DNA of 64,000 bases from contig OZ199840.1 in the NCBI GenBank assembly GCA_964304625.1, forward strand, positions 8,197,587-8,261,586, written 5' to 3'. This DNA comes from Kudoa neothunni. Taxonomy: Eukaryota; Animalia; Cnidaria. The notes beneath the pieces are model-generated. The model saw nothing but the letters and a program-made list of their open reading frames with translations. It made no database searches and had not been told where the DNA came from. How positions within the stretch are numbered: the stretch's first letter is position 1; every line of letters starts with the position of its first letter. The position numbers and the translations under genes were made by a program. Shown here in pieces: positions 13,546 through 26,381 of this stretch.

Positions 13546-14384
13546 TTGTCCTCGGCGCTTCAGTGGACGTGATTCGGTAGAGCATGAAATTCTTTCATTA
13601 TCTAACACAAGAATTCGTAACTGAGGTTGCCCTAAGTTCCAAAGGATCAAAGAAATTGTATTTAGGATGCGAAAGTCCGCTTTGGGTTTATATATAGAAT
13701 AACCTCAAAATTATTCTGACGTTATTTGATTGACTCTATTACAAAATTAACTTGAGCGTTATTTTCATCGGTTTTGAACCTTATCGAATAATTCTCAATA
13801 AAATAAAATTTTCAACAGAATTTTTTAAATTATACAAATTAAAAGTTAAGCATGAAAACATCCTCTATTCCAGTACTTCCGAACTAGAGGTCCCCCCTAG
13901 ATGGCGCGAACTAAAGGTTAAAAATGAGAGTTTAGGTCATAATTGCAAGCAATTTATAGGCATTTTTAAGTGAATTTACGATTTTCCAATATTTTAATAA
14001 TAACTTGACGAATATAACATTATTTTTCTTAATTTAATCATTATTAATTTTTTATTTTGATACAATGCAGAAATAGCCTATAAATCGCATTAAATTCACA
14101 AACTTAATGAATAATACGTTAAAATTATTTAATTGACTCAGAAATTAGCCTGACTATTAATAAATTAATAAAAAGTGAAAAAATAAGATAATATTTTTTT
14201 ATCGACAAATTCGAAAATATTAAAATTACACAGGAACAATCAAACAAAATTATGTTTAATTCATTCTTGTAGCTAATTCTATATTTTACGTACGACTAAG
14301 TATCCCCAAATCTTAGGTGAGCTACGCTTTATCGTAACAGAAAAGGCGCGAGCCCGATCTAGGTTGGGAATCATTGGTCAAGTC

Positions 14385-14455
14385 TAGGGATCAGCAACGG
14401 CCTACCTACAAACCAAATTTGGCCCAGGAGCTCTCTTCATCCGGCCCGCGAGGAA
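14385..14455 (+). mobile_element. hAT (Charlie/Buster-like) terminal fragment
   Basis: tagggatcagcaac...ccaaatttggccc...ccggcccgcg is typical of hAT MITE left ends. Confidence 0.4.
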
Positions 14456-15389
14456 GGTCATAATAAATTTAAATTGCTTTTTTTGACAAATTTAATAATT
14501 GGTAAAATTTTTAAAATCGATCTTTTTAGGACAAGTAAGTTTAATAGCGATGGAAACGAAGTTAATTAAAAATTAATTAAATTTTCTTGATATAAATGTG
14601 TAATAAACAATATGGAGATTAAAATATTTCTCACTTATTTTTACTGATTGTATAATGTTAGTCTTATTGTAACGAAAGAAGACGTGTAATTATTGTTCTT
14701 TACCATTTTGAGCCGTCATGTAGGTATACGAAATGTTAAATTCAATATAAATAAAACCAGGTAAATTATAAATAAAAAATTTTATAAAATCTGCCATATC
14801 CTCATAATAAATGTGGAGTGATCGTTATTTTTTTCTCACGCAGCAAAGGAAATATATTCTTTTAAATATCAAAATAAAAATTTACTTCTGAATTTTAATT
14901 CTAACATAGAAAATATACAAAAAATACCAATAAAAATAAATAAGTTTCATTCCCAATATAATAATGCGTATAATAAAACTTCCCCATGAGAAATAAATCA
15001 TTTTTAGTAAATTTTAAGCATCTAACTTTCTTCAAATATTCAAAATGATATGTAAAACTCAATTTATCATGTACGGACGATGGTGGTCCAATTTTGAGTT
15101 AGGAAGCGCCTTTCTTAAACTCCACACACGCATTTAAACATCCTACTTAAATATTATATGTAAATTTGTTTGTTTGTTTGTTTATTTATTTATTCATATT
15201 TATTATTATTGATCACGTTTAAAATTTCTATGTCCTTAGAGGCTAGAAATGATTAATTTTTGCAAAAAGACGATTAAATTTTTAGACATGTATATGTACA
15301 CACCTTAGTAATTAGAAAGTAGCAGACGAGAAATGAAAATGGCGCAGGAGAAAAAGTAAATATAACCTTCTTATCACTAAACAACTAGT

Positions 15390-18300
15390 TCATTTGTATA
15401 TGGAGATACTAACAGTGCTGTTATTGATCTAAACATAATGTCACAATATGTGACCAAGTTAATAAAAAATAGCATACCATTTCGGAGCAGTCGATAATCT
15501 TGGTGGGTAGTTGATTATAATCGGCATCAACCAACACTGGCATCTTTACCTGTTCATTAACGTAGGCAAGATGCTGATTTAGCATACTGACACATTCAGA
15601 ATCTCCCCAACACACAATAACAATATCATCAGTTGGTTGAACATTAGCCTAATGCAACAATAACATAGTCAAATAAAATAGAAATGAACTTGTTCAAGAA
15701 AAATTATTACCTTTTTTCGAAGTTTCTGTATACGATTAACAATTTCACGAGCAATTGACTGATCCAATAATTCTTGATTTTGTGTGATATCCAACAGCAC
15801 AACTACTTCACCATCCGAGTGGGCAGAATATTTTTGGTCTCCTTTTTTTACCGAGAATATCAACTTCACATCATCACGTTGTAAATTCTGTCCAGACACA
15901 TTGATAACGGAGTTTGGGTTTTGTATGGTTTCAATGTCGTCGATAGTGAGTTTTGAAAGAGCAACTTTGATATCATTAATTTGGCCGCGTAAACGATCTC
16001 CCAATTGTTGGAAGTTGGGTACCACTCTACATTCTACTCCGTAATTTTTCATATCGCAGGACAATGTGAGTTTCATTATATTTAAGTCTTCTAGAATGTA
16101 GGTTTCCATGGTTTTAATGTTATCTAAGAATTTAGGGTTGGAATGGAGTACAACAAGCTCGTTCAATGGCATCTACCACCAATCAATCATAATTCAACAA
16201 AGCAGTATTAGATTTACTTTCAAAGGAAGAGTGTTTCGTTCACGCACAACTCGAGCTAAATTAACCACAGCTTGCATATTTTCGACAGTGACCTCTACCG
16301 ACTTGTCAATAAAGTCTAACCTAGGTTGAGGTAGCATTTGGAAGTGCACGCTAGCATTGTAGTGGCATTGTTGGTTGGTTGCATTGCCATTAATGATTGA
16401 ATTTTCACGTTTCTCGTCGAATTGAACAAGATTTTGGTATATGTATTCAGTGAAAAATGGCACAAAAGGAGAAAACATTTTCACCATGCTATATTGGACA
16501 TTGAATAGTGTTGCCAAGGCGATCTCTTGTTCTGCTAGTCCTTTATCACCCTACACGTCAATTAGAATAAATTTTTATCTCATACGACTTCACAGACTGA
16601 TTCGATTCACTCATAAAATCATATACCTTGAGACGCTTACGATTGAATCGTATGTACCATTTGGTGAGATTATCGAGGAATTCTATAATCTTTGGAACCA
16701 CAGTGTACAATCGATAGCATTTCATCTCCTGGTGAATAAACCCAATCAACGATTGTGTGTAGGAGATGATCCATTGATCCATGAAATTGGTTAAATTTTG
16801 AATATGTTTATCTTGGTAGGCGTAGCTGTTGATGTCGATATCATTCTGGAAAACAGAATTTTAGAGTTAATCTTTTTAACTAAACGAAAAAACAAATGGA
16901 CGAATAATACCTGCTTACAGTAGAGTGCAGTACTTTGCATGAGATATCGAAAAGAGTTGTACCACGGAAGAAGCATTTCTTTGACCAAATTTCGAACACC
17001 ACTCTCTTGGAATTTAAGCGATTCCCCTCTGACAACTGGCGAATTGATCAGATAAATTCTTAGCACATCTGAGCCGTATTTGTTGATCACTTCAAGTGGA
17101 TCGGGATAGTTTTGCTTGCGTTTACTCATTTTTTGGCCATCACTAAAGCAAAAAATCAAAGTTACATATTGATATGTAACCAAATAATATTGGATACCTA
17201 GCAAGCACCAACCCATTAGCAATAAGATTTTTGAATGGTGGCTTGTCGAAAAGTGATGTCGACAGCACCAGAAGTGTGTAAAACCAACCACGAGTTTGAT
17301 CGATACCTTCTGCAATAAAATCGGCGGGAAATCCCTCATCAAATACATCTTTATTCTCGAATGGATAATGTATTTGAGCGTAGGGCATACTGCCACTCTC
17401 GAACCAGCAATCAAACACTTCCGGAACACGTCTTAAAAACGAGCCGGGTTTGGTGGTGGACGGAATGAGTATATCGTCGACAGATTCACGATGCAAATCA
17501 GTCACTTTGACTCCACTTAGTTGCTCCAATTCTTCGACGGAACCAACACAAATAATCTCAGTGAAATCTTCATTGGTCCATAGTGGAATGGGAGTACCCC
17601 AATAACGATTTCTAGAAATGTTCCAGTCACGGGCATTTTCGAGCCAATTATGAAAGCGTTTAGTTTTTACAAATTCAGGCACCCTACACAACATTTTCAG
17701 AGTTGGAGATAGATATTCATATAATGAAGTTGGGAATCAATTTACCAATTGGTTTCACTGTTATTGGCCAACAATCGTGGAATCAAATCTGTCACCTTGA
17801 CAAACCAACTAGGAACAATACGATACATGAGAGGTGTATCGGATCGCCAGCAAAATGGATAGTTATGACTAATCGTACCATCACTGAAAATTCGACCATT
17901 ATTTTTTAGAGTTTTTATAATGAGTTTATCAGTATCCTATATAAATAAACATATACAACTCAATATTTTCCATAGTCAAACAGCTCCCCACCTTGAAATA
18001 CATGCCTGCAAATTCAGGAATTTCTGTAGTGAAATGACCTGTCACATCAATAGGACAAGGCACCACATTTGTATTTTGATAAATGCCATTCGCAATACAC
18101 ACCCTGTAATCATCCTCTCCAAATGCGGGAGCAGATTGAACTACACCAGTACCATCGTCCTCGGAAACATAAGAGTCACCTAGAACCTTAAAAGCGCCAT
18201 TTTCTCTCCACTACAATCAATTTTAATATTTGGTGAAATTTTAGGTATAAAGCGGTACTGTGGAGAAATATTCAAAACATGGAATATATGCCTTGCCCAA

Positions 18301-19374
18301 AAGTTGATCTCCGGTAAACCTTTAACCACTAGTAACAACAATAACATCAAAAAATTAGAGAATGACTTTTCGAGAACAACACAAGGTTTCTTCTTTCCAA
18401 AGTATGCAGCCATTCGAGCTTCCATAAGAATGTATTTCTTTTTGGTTTTAGTTTCTTCAATTTTAACGTAGGTGGATTTGGGATTGACTACAAGTGAAAG
18501 GTTGCTAACCAATGTCCATGGAGTAGTGGTCCATGCTAAAAATGAAACACTCGGATCTTCTTCCAAAGGAAAGCACACAGTGATAGAAGGGTCAGCAACT
18601 TCTTTATAATTTTGATTGGCTTCAAAATTTGAAAGCGGAGTGTTGCATGCAGTCGAATAGGGCATAACACGATAACCGTAATAGATTCGATCTTTCATGT
18701 ACAACTGCTTACACACCCACCACACTGATTCCATAAATGTGGGATACATAGTTTTGTAATCCCTATCGAAATCTATCCAGCGTCCCAAACGCGTTACAAT
18801 ATTCTAAATTTGAGGTTGTTTATTTTACAAACTAGACACATCTAGTTGAAAAAACAAAAATCTACTCTCCATTCGGATGAATATCGATTCACTATTGCAC
18901 GACATTCATTGTTGTAACCAATAATACCAATTTTTTTTATATCGTCTGGACCTTTGATACCTAATTTCTTGTCAATTTCGTGCTCCACTGGTAACCCATG
19001 ACAATCCCAACCAAAACGACGCTCAACATAATGCCCCGTTTGGTGTGCATATCGAGTCACAGTATCCTTATTGATTCAAATGGTAATCCAACATTAACTC
19101 ACCGTAACAACTAAATTACTTTGATTGTTCCAGCCAATATGTGTCCATAATGAGGAAGTCCTGTAGCGAATGGAGGTCCATCATAAAAAGTAAATCTAAT
19201 ATTGAAATTTTAAGATCTAAAGGTTATCAACTGTTACCTTTTTTTGCCTTCTGATTGTTTTAATGATGTTCGAAATGCATCAATCTCCTCCCAATACTTG
19301 AGCACTATCTGCTCGTTATCAGGAAAATCAAACATGTCGGGAAGGTTGTTGAAATTTTTCAAATTCGTCGACAT
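15390..19374 (-). CDS. IARS1: Cytosolic isoleucine--tRNA ligase, multi-exon
   Basis: ATG at 19374 ([18 protein letters not shown]). Motifs [16 protein letters not shown] (HIGH), [74 protein letters not shown] and DGQKMSKR (KMSKS), then [14 protein letters not shown]. Last exon [12 protein letters not shown] with TGA at 15392-15390. Confidence 0.97.
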
Positions 19375-19720
19375 TGTTCTTATCCTACTCAAATATAACC
19401 TTATTCTGACACTTCAACAACTGTATAAGCCGTAGATTTCCGAAGTGATTATTTGTGTTACTCATCAAACCATATTCATCATAGTTGGTGCATTTAATTG
19501 TTTGAAAAAAATTGTTACGTGACTATTTTTTCAATAAAATTAACAGAGAGAAATATTTTCATTTAGAATTAGTGTATTTTCTTCACAAACAAATAACATG
19601 TGATAACTTCGAGTATGATCGCTCAGCTGCCCCTCTATCAAATTTTATCCTACTTTATTAGTAATATTCAATTTATATTATTTTGGAAAATTATATTTTC
19701 ATCAAAATTTCATAAGTTTA

Positions 19721-20887
19721 TTAACTTTCTAACGAGCATAAAAACGATTTACCTCCAACCAATCATTTGGGGGTCGAATCGACCCCACATTTTTATTTTA
19801 TTTTTCTTTACTAAAAAATATTTTTGTTTTGGTTTATAAAATATGTAAGAAATCTATCGAGGAAGTTTTGAGTAAATTAAAGTTTACTAACCCATTAATC
19901 TTCGATAATCCGCTAATGTAATAATTCAGAAAAATTCGCTACATACCGTTAATTACATATTGAGGAAACGGCGGCTACATTGTGGAATGAGATTCATCTG
20001 TATAAATTAATTTAATGATGTTAGTTATTACAATTTTAGCGAAATTTTTATGAAATTAAAATAAACATAAAAGGTAGCTTCATGACTTTGTGCACTTAAA
20101 AATATAACTCATTCGAACGTTCATCCGTAACTTAAGACTACCTGCATAATATATTATTCACCACGGTTTAAATTCTTTTCAAATTTGAAACACTTACTTA
20201 AACGTCTGGCTAAGTGTTCAATGCAAACATGACGATTGCATAATCCGTAATAACAACAGTCAAGCATTGATTTCACTCTCAACGTCGTATAGATTGTTGA
20301 GCGCGGCGGAGAGTTAAATAATAATTTTTTTGTGCGTGTTCCTGACTTAGATTCATTTGTAAGACTCTAAGCTAACCCATATTTGCTAATCAATGAAATA
20401 TAGTATATACCCAGATCGTCATCATCAGTTTCTTGAGAGGCATCCTCATATTCGATACTAGAAGATTCATCGTTATGGAATAAAAAATTAAATTTAGAAT
20501 CCATAGACATTCACCTTATACCAAATTCCTACTGAAGGAGAGAATATTTTATATTACCTAGTGCAACCGACCAATCGATCACGTAAATTGTGAGCAAGTA
20601 ATGTTCAATCAGGTTGCGTAAGATTAATTTTGTTTTTCCTTAGAATTCTGTTTGTAAAACTTTTTAAAATCTCACATACAAAATTTAATGAAATTTATGG
20701 ACAAAATGATGAAATAAAAAAACCAAATTATACAGTTTTCTTAAGGTGCATAGACGAATACATTTATGAAGAATAGCTTGAATTTAAGAACATTAGAATT
20801 AAGGGAGAAAAAGTTAAACGTTATTCAATTTGACTTTGGGGTCGATTCAACCCTAATATCATTTATCATTTCTCATTAGAGGGTTAA
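19721..20887 (-). mobile_element. Non-autonomous piggyBac, internally deleted
   Basis: Left end TTAA-ctttctaacgag; right end ctcattagaggg-TTAA. Matching subterminal motifs ggggtcgaatcgacccc and ggggtcgattcaaccc. Acidic N-terminal relic MDSKFNFLFHNDESSSIEYEDASQETDDDD on the minus strand. Confidence 0.7.
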
Positions 20888-22109
20888 TGGGTAAATTAAT
20901 AAAAGTGTTATTTTAACTTTTTTAATGTATTTGATCAATTTTAGATACGGATTTTAACTCTCGCCCCAATAAACCAACAAAAATTTTAATTCGAATAGGA
21001 TTAAGGTCAAATCTTTATAAGTACTATTCAATAAACAGGTACACCACAACTATTTTATCTTCAAAAATATGAAAAATAACATCGCTAATTCCTTTTTACC
21101 TAATTACCGTTCTTAGTGTTGATGTAAAGAGTAATTCTATTCATAAAATTTAGCGTTAAGGAGACTTTAATATTATTGAAATGATTTAAAGGTTAAAGTA
21201 AAGAAATATATCAGCATGTTATGATAGATAATACAGATAAACGTCCAAAAATTTCACATCACATAATCAATTACCATTCATCATTAAACAGAGCAATATG
21301 TATCTATAAACTATTTTTGATAATTATCGACCAAATGAAACACTTAATGATATCACAATAAAATTCTAAGGAGGTAAAACAGATTTAAGAATAATTAGTT
21401 TTTTTCATTTATTCTTTAATTTTTCGATATTAAAGTTGCTAGTAGGGAGAAAGGCGGATTATTTCATTAACCATTTATTTCGTCCATATAAATTTCTTTT
21501 AGAAATAAACAAATTCTATATAGATTGGTTAAATTTTCCTTATAAAAATGTGCGAACGTTCAGTTGCAAAATGGATAATTTTTTTACAATATAACAACAA
21601 TAATAATAATTATTATTATTAGTTGTGCGTTTATCCAAAAATAAACAAATATATTGATTTGTTTTTTCTGTATTTATAATAGGGATCAGAAAAGTTAAAC
21701 GTTAATTATGGTTTATTAATGATCATCGTGAAACGCTCCACTTCGCCCGATATTAGAAATATATTGGATTGGGAAATATGTTAAATTTCATTAAAAAATA
21801 CATAATACTATCAGTTATCCCATAGAAAATATTAAAAGAAGAATTTTCTAAAGCATTATAATTTTAATGAATGTGAGTAAACTGCAGAATAATGACCGTA
21901 ATCCCAATAAGCGACTACGAAAATCCGACTTTATTGATTATTTTATTTTTGTGTATTCATTAGTGTTAATAAAACGAGATTCTAAATTCAGCATTTTGTT
22001 TATTATCAATATTAGTCATTACAATATTATATTGAGCTTACATCCTATTGTAATGGTTGGTTATATAGGGAATGTGACCAAAATTAATGTACGCCCAATC
22101 CGCAATCTG

Positions 22110-22186
22110 CATAAGAGCGGTACGGCACCCCACCCTTTTAAGCTACTTAAGCTACGGCTCGCGGGTTCGAATCCTGCCCGCGACCA
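22110..22186 (+). pseudogene. tRNA-like relic (Leu/Ser class II tRNA pseudogene or SINE head)
   Basis: T-arm gcgggTTCGAATcctgc followed by ccgcgacCA, and a D-arm-like gagcggtacggcacc. No complementary 5' acceptor strand found. Confidence 0.3.
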
Positions 22187-22324
22187 TTCATTACACACCT
22201 ATCATAACATTCTTTCGTTCCAATACGTTCGCTCGATTTATGTAATACATACATCCTAAGACTTGAGCGTGACAAATAAGATTCTGATGGATTATCACGA
22301 TTTCACCTTAGCGAATACGTATTA

Positions 22325-23134
22325 TTAACCCTTAATAGGTGGTGACCTTGAGCTCGACGAGACCAGCCGGATTAATTTCTATCCTTTATTGGATTTTATT
22401 TTAAGCTGTATTTGCTAACTTTAATACATTATTGCGTGATAAAAAATGTGATATACAATAAATAATTTATTTTGTGGGACACTCAAACAATTAAAAAATT
22501 GTTTTATTGAATGCTCGTTACATATACTGTTGTTACACACACCGCGTACTTGTTTGTCCCGCCTTATGATACGTGTCGAACATAAACTAAATTGTTTGCG
22601 ATCATTTGTATTTTTATTTTCCATAAATGACGAATTATTCTCATTGAATTGGAACCTAACTGCTTCAAGAGAAAGCTTAAAGGCCGGTTAACTTACAGTT
22701 TTTTGGGTCTTCAGCTCTTCATTTCTGGTAGCTGCTTACAAGCAAAAAAAGCGGATAAATCCACTCAAAATTATTGTCGGCGATTAAGTTTGTCTTTCAA
22801 TGTTCCAAAATTCTTTGAAAAAACACGGTAAATAAATTAAAACCAGCAAAATCAATAATTTTTCAGTAGATAATTGATTTGAGAAATTCAAACATTACAC
22901 TGATACACCCATTGCGCAATTGTACAATTACCTTTAAATAAAATAAAGCATATTGTTATTGTCATAATCCTTTTTTGGTGAATATCGGCTTAACCTAAAA
23001 AAGTTCGAATTCATTTAAAATTTACAACTAGATATAAAATAAAATAATAAAAAACATTTTTTGAATTAATTATGCTCAATTTACTACTCAGATGAGCTCG
23101 TGGAGCCTAAGGTCACCTACCCATTAAGGGTTAA
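22325..23134 (-). mobile_element. Non-autonomous piggyBac retaining only the transposase 3' end
   Basis: About 35-bp TIRs: TTAA-cccttaataggtggtgaccttgagctcgacgag and ctcgtggagcctaaggtcacctacccattaaggg-TTAA. Internal Cys-rich tail relic RKQFSLCSTRIIRRDKQVRGVCNNSICNEHS. Confidence 0.85.
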
Positions 23135-24710
23135 TACTAGAAAATGATTATCAATATAGTGAATACCATTAATGTATCATTAGTTTTTACTATATTTAAT
23201 TATTCTTGGCCCTATGTGCGAAGCGGTGGGCAGGAATAATTAAATCCGTATGCAGTTTGCGAGTAAGAGTCTTTAGAATTAAAAATTGTAATTACGAAAA
23301 TGTACATGCCTTTTAAGGTTAAAATATATCATGAAAATAGTCTCTATTCTAATTTTATTTAAAAATGTAGGATTAATGTTCAGGCGGACCATGATCATTA
23401 GTCGGTAAACGTGATTACTGTTTTGCAGTTTTATAAAATTTTGATTAATGGACTTATAATTAATTCATTTGAAGGAGTTTATAAAAACAGAAACAACCAC
23501 CTAGTTAGAAGGAACTTAAGAAAATCACTTTTAATTAATCAAATTATTACCCCTCTAACCTGTACAAACTAGGTACCCTTTATATTAGAGAAAAATTAAG
23601 CAACCCATAAATGTCGATCAAAATAACTTGAATAATTAGATTAAATAAAAGCACAACATCTCTATCGAATTTAATTGTTATGATTGCATCTTAACGTCGA
23701 CCTAATTAAATTTAAGATCACAGTTCTAATATTATAAAGCTTCAATCTACTTGAATATAACATACATTATCAATTTATCATTAATTAAGCAGATTTAAAT
23801 CTTTTTATTGCATTAAAACCGTTAATAGAAAGTTCAAAATGTCCTATCAAAATGAATATACTAATAAGTCCCTGTATAAGGAGTGTATTTGTGCACATCA
23901 TAAAAAGATATACATAATTTATATATACAGATGGACGATAATATTCAATTAATTTTCGTATGTAAACAGAATTTTAACTTCAACTCTTTATCACCTTCAA
24001 ATAAGCGACCTTAGTTTTGTTGTATGAATGCTAATCCCATAGTAAAGTTTAAAACCTGTTGCTTTAATTTTAATCCCACAGCTGAATCCTATAATCCGTT
24101 TAGACAAATTTATACCCTATAAATTCAATATTTTCTAAATAATTCCGGCGCCATTTATAATACGATGACAAAAGAAAGATTTATTTTCAATATTTTTAGC
24201 CATTAAAAGTTACACAAATATCTATCTATAAGGGAAAAAATTTGTCGCACATGAGTAGGTGTGGACACACACACGGCCTCTAATATTTTATATATGTAGT
24301 AGGTAGATAATGGTAACAAAGAGAGTTAGACCATTCATTAGAGATATAATTCCAAACAAATTAGCTGTCTTGTAATGACGCAACACTGTCACCGCTGACT
24401 TCGTAATATTACACCGGAGATTTGCATAATTTACTTATCAGTTTTTTGTTTCTTCGGAAAAATATTAATCACGAACATAGCTGAGCGAAAAGAAACATTA
24501 GCTTATTGGATGAAAAGCTTACAATAGAATATCCACACAAAGTAGATTATATTACAAAAATCGTAATTCTATTTAAAAACAGCAGAACAAAAGTTCCGAA
24601 TTATCCTTTTTAATTTAAAACTGACCAAACTGAATCTCCTAGCATATCTAATCTACACAACAATAAGACGTATTATGTCTATTCATTGTAGATTTGTACT
24701 TGGTGACATC

Positions 24711-25705
24711 ATGAGCAATCCAAATCGCATTATCAAACTATTAGTTTTCTGCAAGAAATATTTTAAAAATAAGGTCATTTTCCTTCATTCCTACGTTACA
24801 CTAAAAGCATTTATCGCTCTGTTACCTATGTTGTTATTTTACGCCGGATACGGTCTTTACAAGCCCATATATTGCAGTATGTTTCATTTTCCTGATGCGA
24901 CCTTCAATGACACAGGTGTATACGACCATTATCCATTTTTGGATATGTCTGAAAGATTCGACCGTTTGTTTTTTGAGAAAGCATTCCATCGGATTCTACA
25001 AAGCCCGAAATGTTTGGTGCTTGATTTTCTAGCGATGATTCCTTATTTGCTGCATGGTTTTGTTTTTGTTATATGCTCATTGAGGTATGCCTGCTGTCGG
25101 AAAACAAATCCATATTTTTTTGCTTTTGTCAATATTTGTGGATATTCCACGTTGGTAATGCTGATTTTCCAATACTTTGTGCCTGTGGCTCCCCCTTGGT
25201 TTGTAGAAAACTATTACGAGAAATTCAATTCATCCATGGTATACAAACTACAGTGTAGTTCACCCAACCAATATTCATCGTGTAAGTGAAATTTTGTTTC
25301 ATCGATATTCAAATGCTACAAGTAGACATGGATACGAGAATAATGGCCGGAAATTTTTACAACATTGATAAATTAACCGGTTTCTGGGTTTTTCAATATA
25401 TTTACACCCATTCGGTTATATTGTTTGGTGCTCTGCCTTCGATGCACGTTGGTTTGGCATTATCCGTATTGGAGACCGAACATCTTAGCTCACAACCAAA
25501 CCAATTCGCCTCCATATATTCCATTTGGATGATATGGGCCGCAATCTATTCCAATCATCATTACGTTCTGGATGTTATGTTAGCGGCTATTATTGTACGT
25601 GCTACATCTTTATTATTTTGTTATTTTAATGGATGGGATATTAAACCAAATGTAAAATCTCATTCAAATGAAAGTTCTATATCAAATAATGTAGCTACTG
25701 TTTAG
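24711..25705 (+). CDS. Aur1/Ipt1-family inositol phosphorylceramide synthase-like enzyme (PAP2 superfamily), 2 coding exons
   Basis: Motifs LDFLAMIPYLLH, FQYFVPVAPPWF, GNFYNIDKLTG, YTHSVILFGALPSMH and WMIWAAIYSNHHYVLDVM align with yeast Aur1 DILAWLPYGLFH, FPAAPPWY, GGLARIDKLLG, FSNSSVIFGAFPSLH and WLWWSTMYLTHHYFVDLM. Intron 25282-25322/25325 joins the two ORFs in frame. Alternative start at 24675. Confidence 0.85.
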
Positions 25706-26381
25706 TTGGACGTTTTTATTTTAGATTCGTTTAATTTCTCTAGCTGTACGCATAAACGATACAATTAAAAAATGTCAAATTTTCTGACCTTATAAATCTA
25801 AATTTATGGCATGTTAAAATGAGATTATTATTAAACAAGGTTAATTTGAATTAATTAAAATTGATGGCTGGATTTGATAAGACCTATCTCTACCTAATTT
25901 AGTCGAACCGGCCTCCTGCTTATGCACCCAAAAATATATACAGTTAGTTTACGTCGATGACTATTAATTCTTCCGGTTAAAACGCAGGACGGTGTTATAT
26001 TTATGCTGTAATTTTTGCGAGTGATGACTTATTTTCATTCAATATATCATTCTTGATATTATGGTTGTGCATTTGCTAAAATTGAACACCTGATGCTTAC
26101 ACAGAATACGATTCTTTTTTTTATACACAGATTTAACAATAGGCAATCGCTAAGGATGAAATATGGCAATCCAATAGGATTAGAGTCGCCCGACTTAAAT
26201 TGTACAACACATAAAACACGCTTTACTTGAGCCAACTTAATCGGTGGTATAGCCTGTCGAAATAATCGCGAAGGACTAGGAGTTCTCTATATTAATAGAT
26301 TAGTACAAATGCTACTGTGATGACAAATAGCGGTTGCTGAAAGTACCCTACTGATGATGCAACGCGGATCAGTACTCATTA

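Noticed and set aside
15784-18183. Several plus-strand ORFs
   Set aside because: Antisense shadows of IleRS exons.
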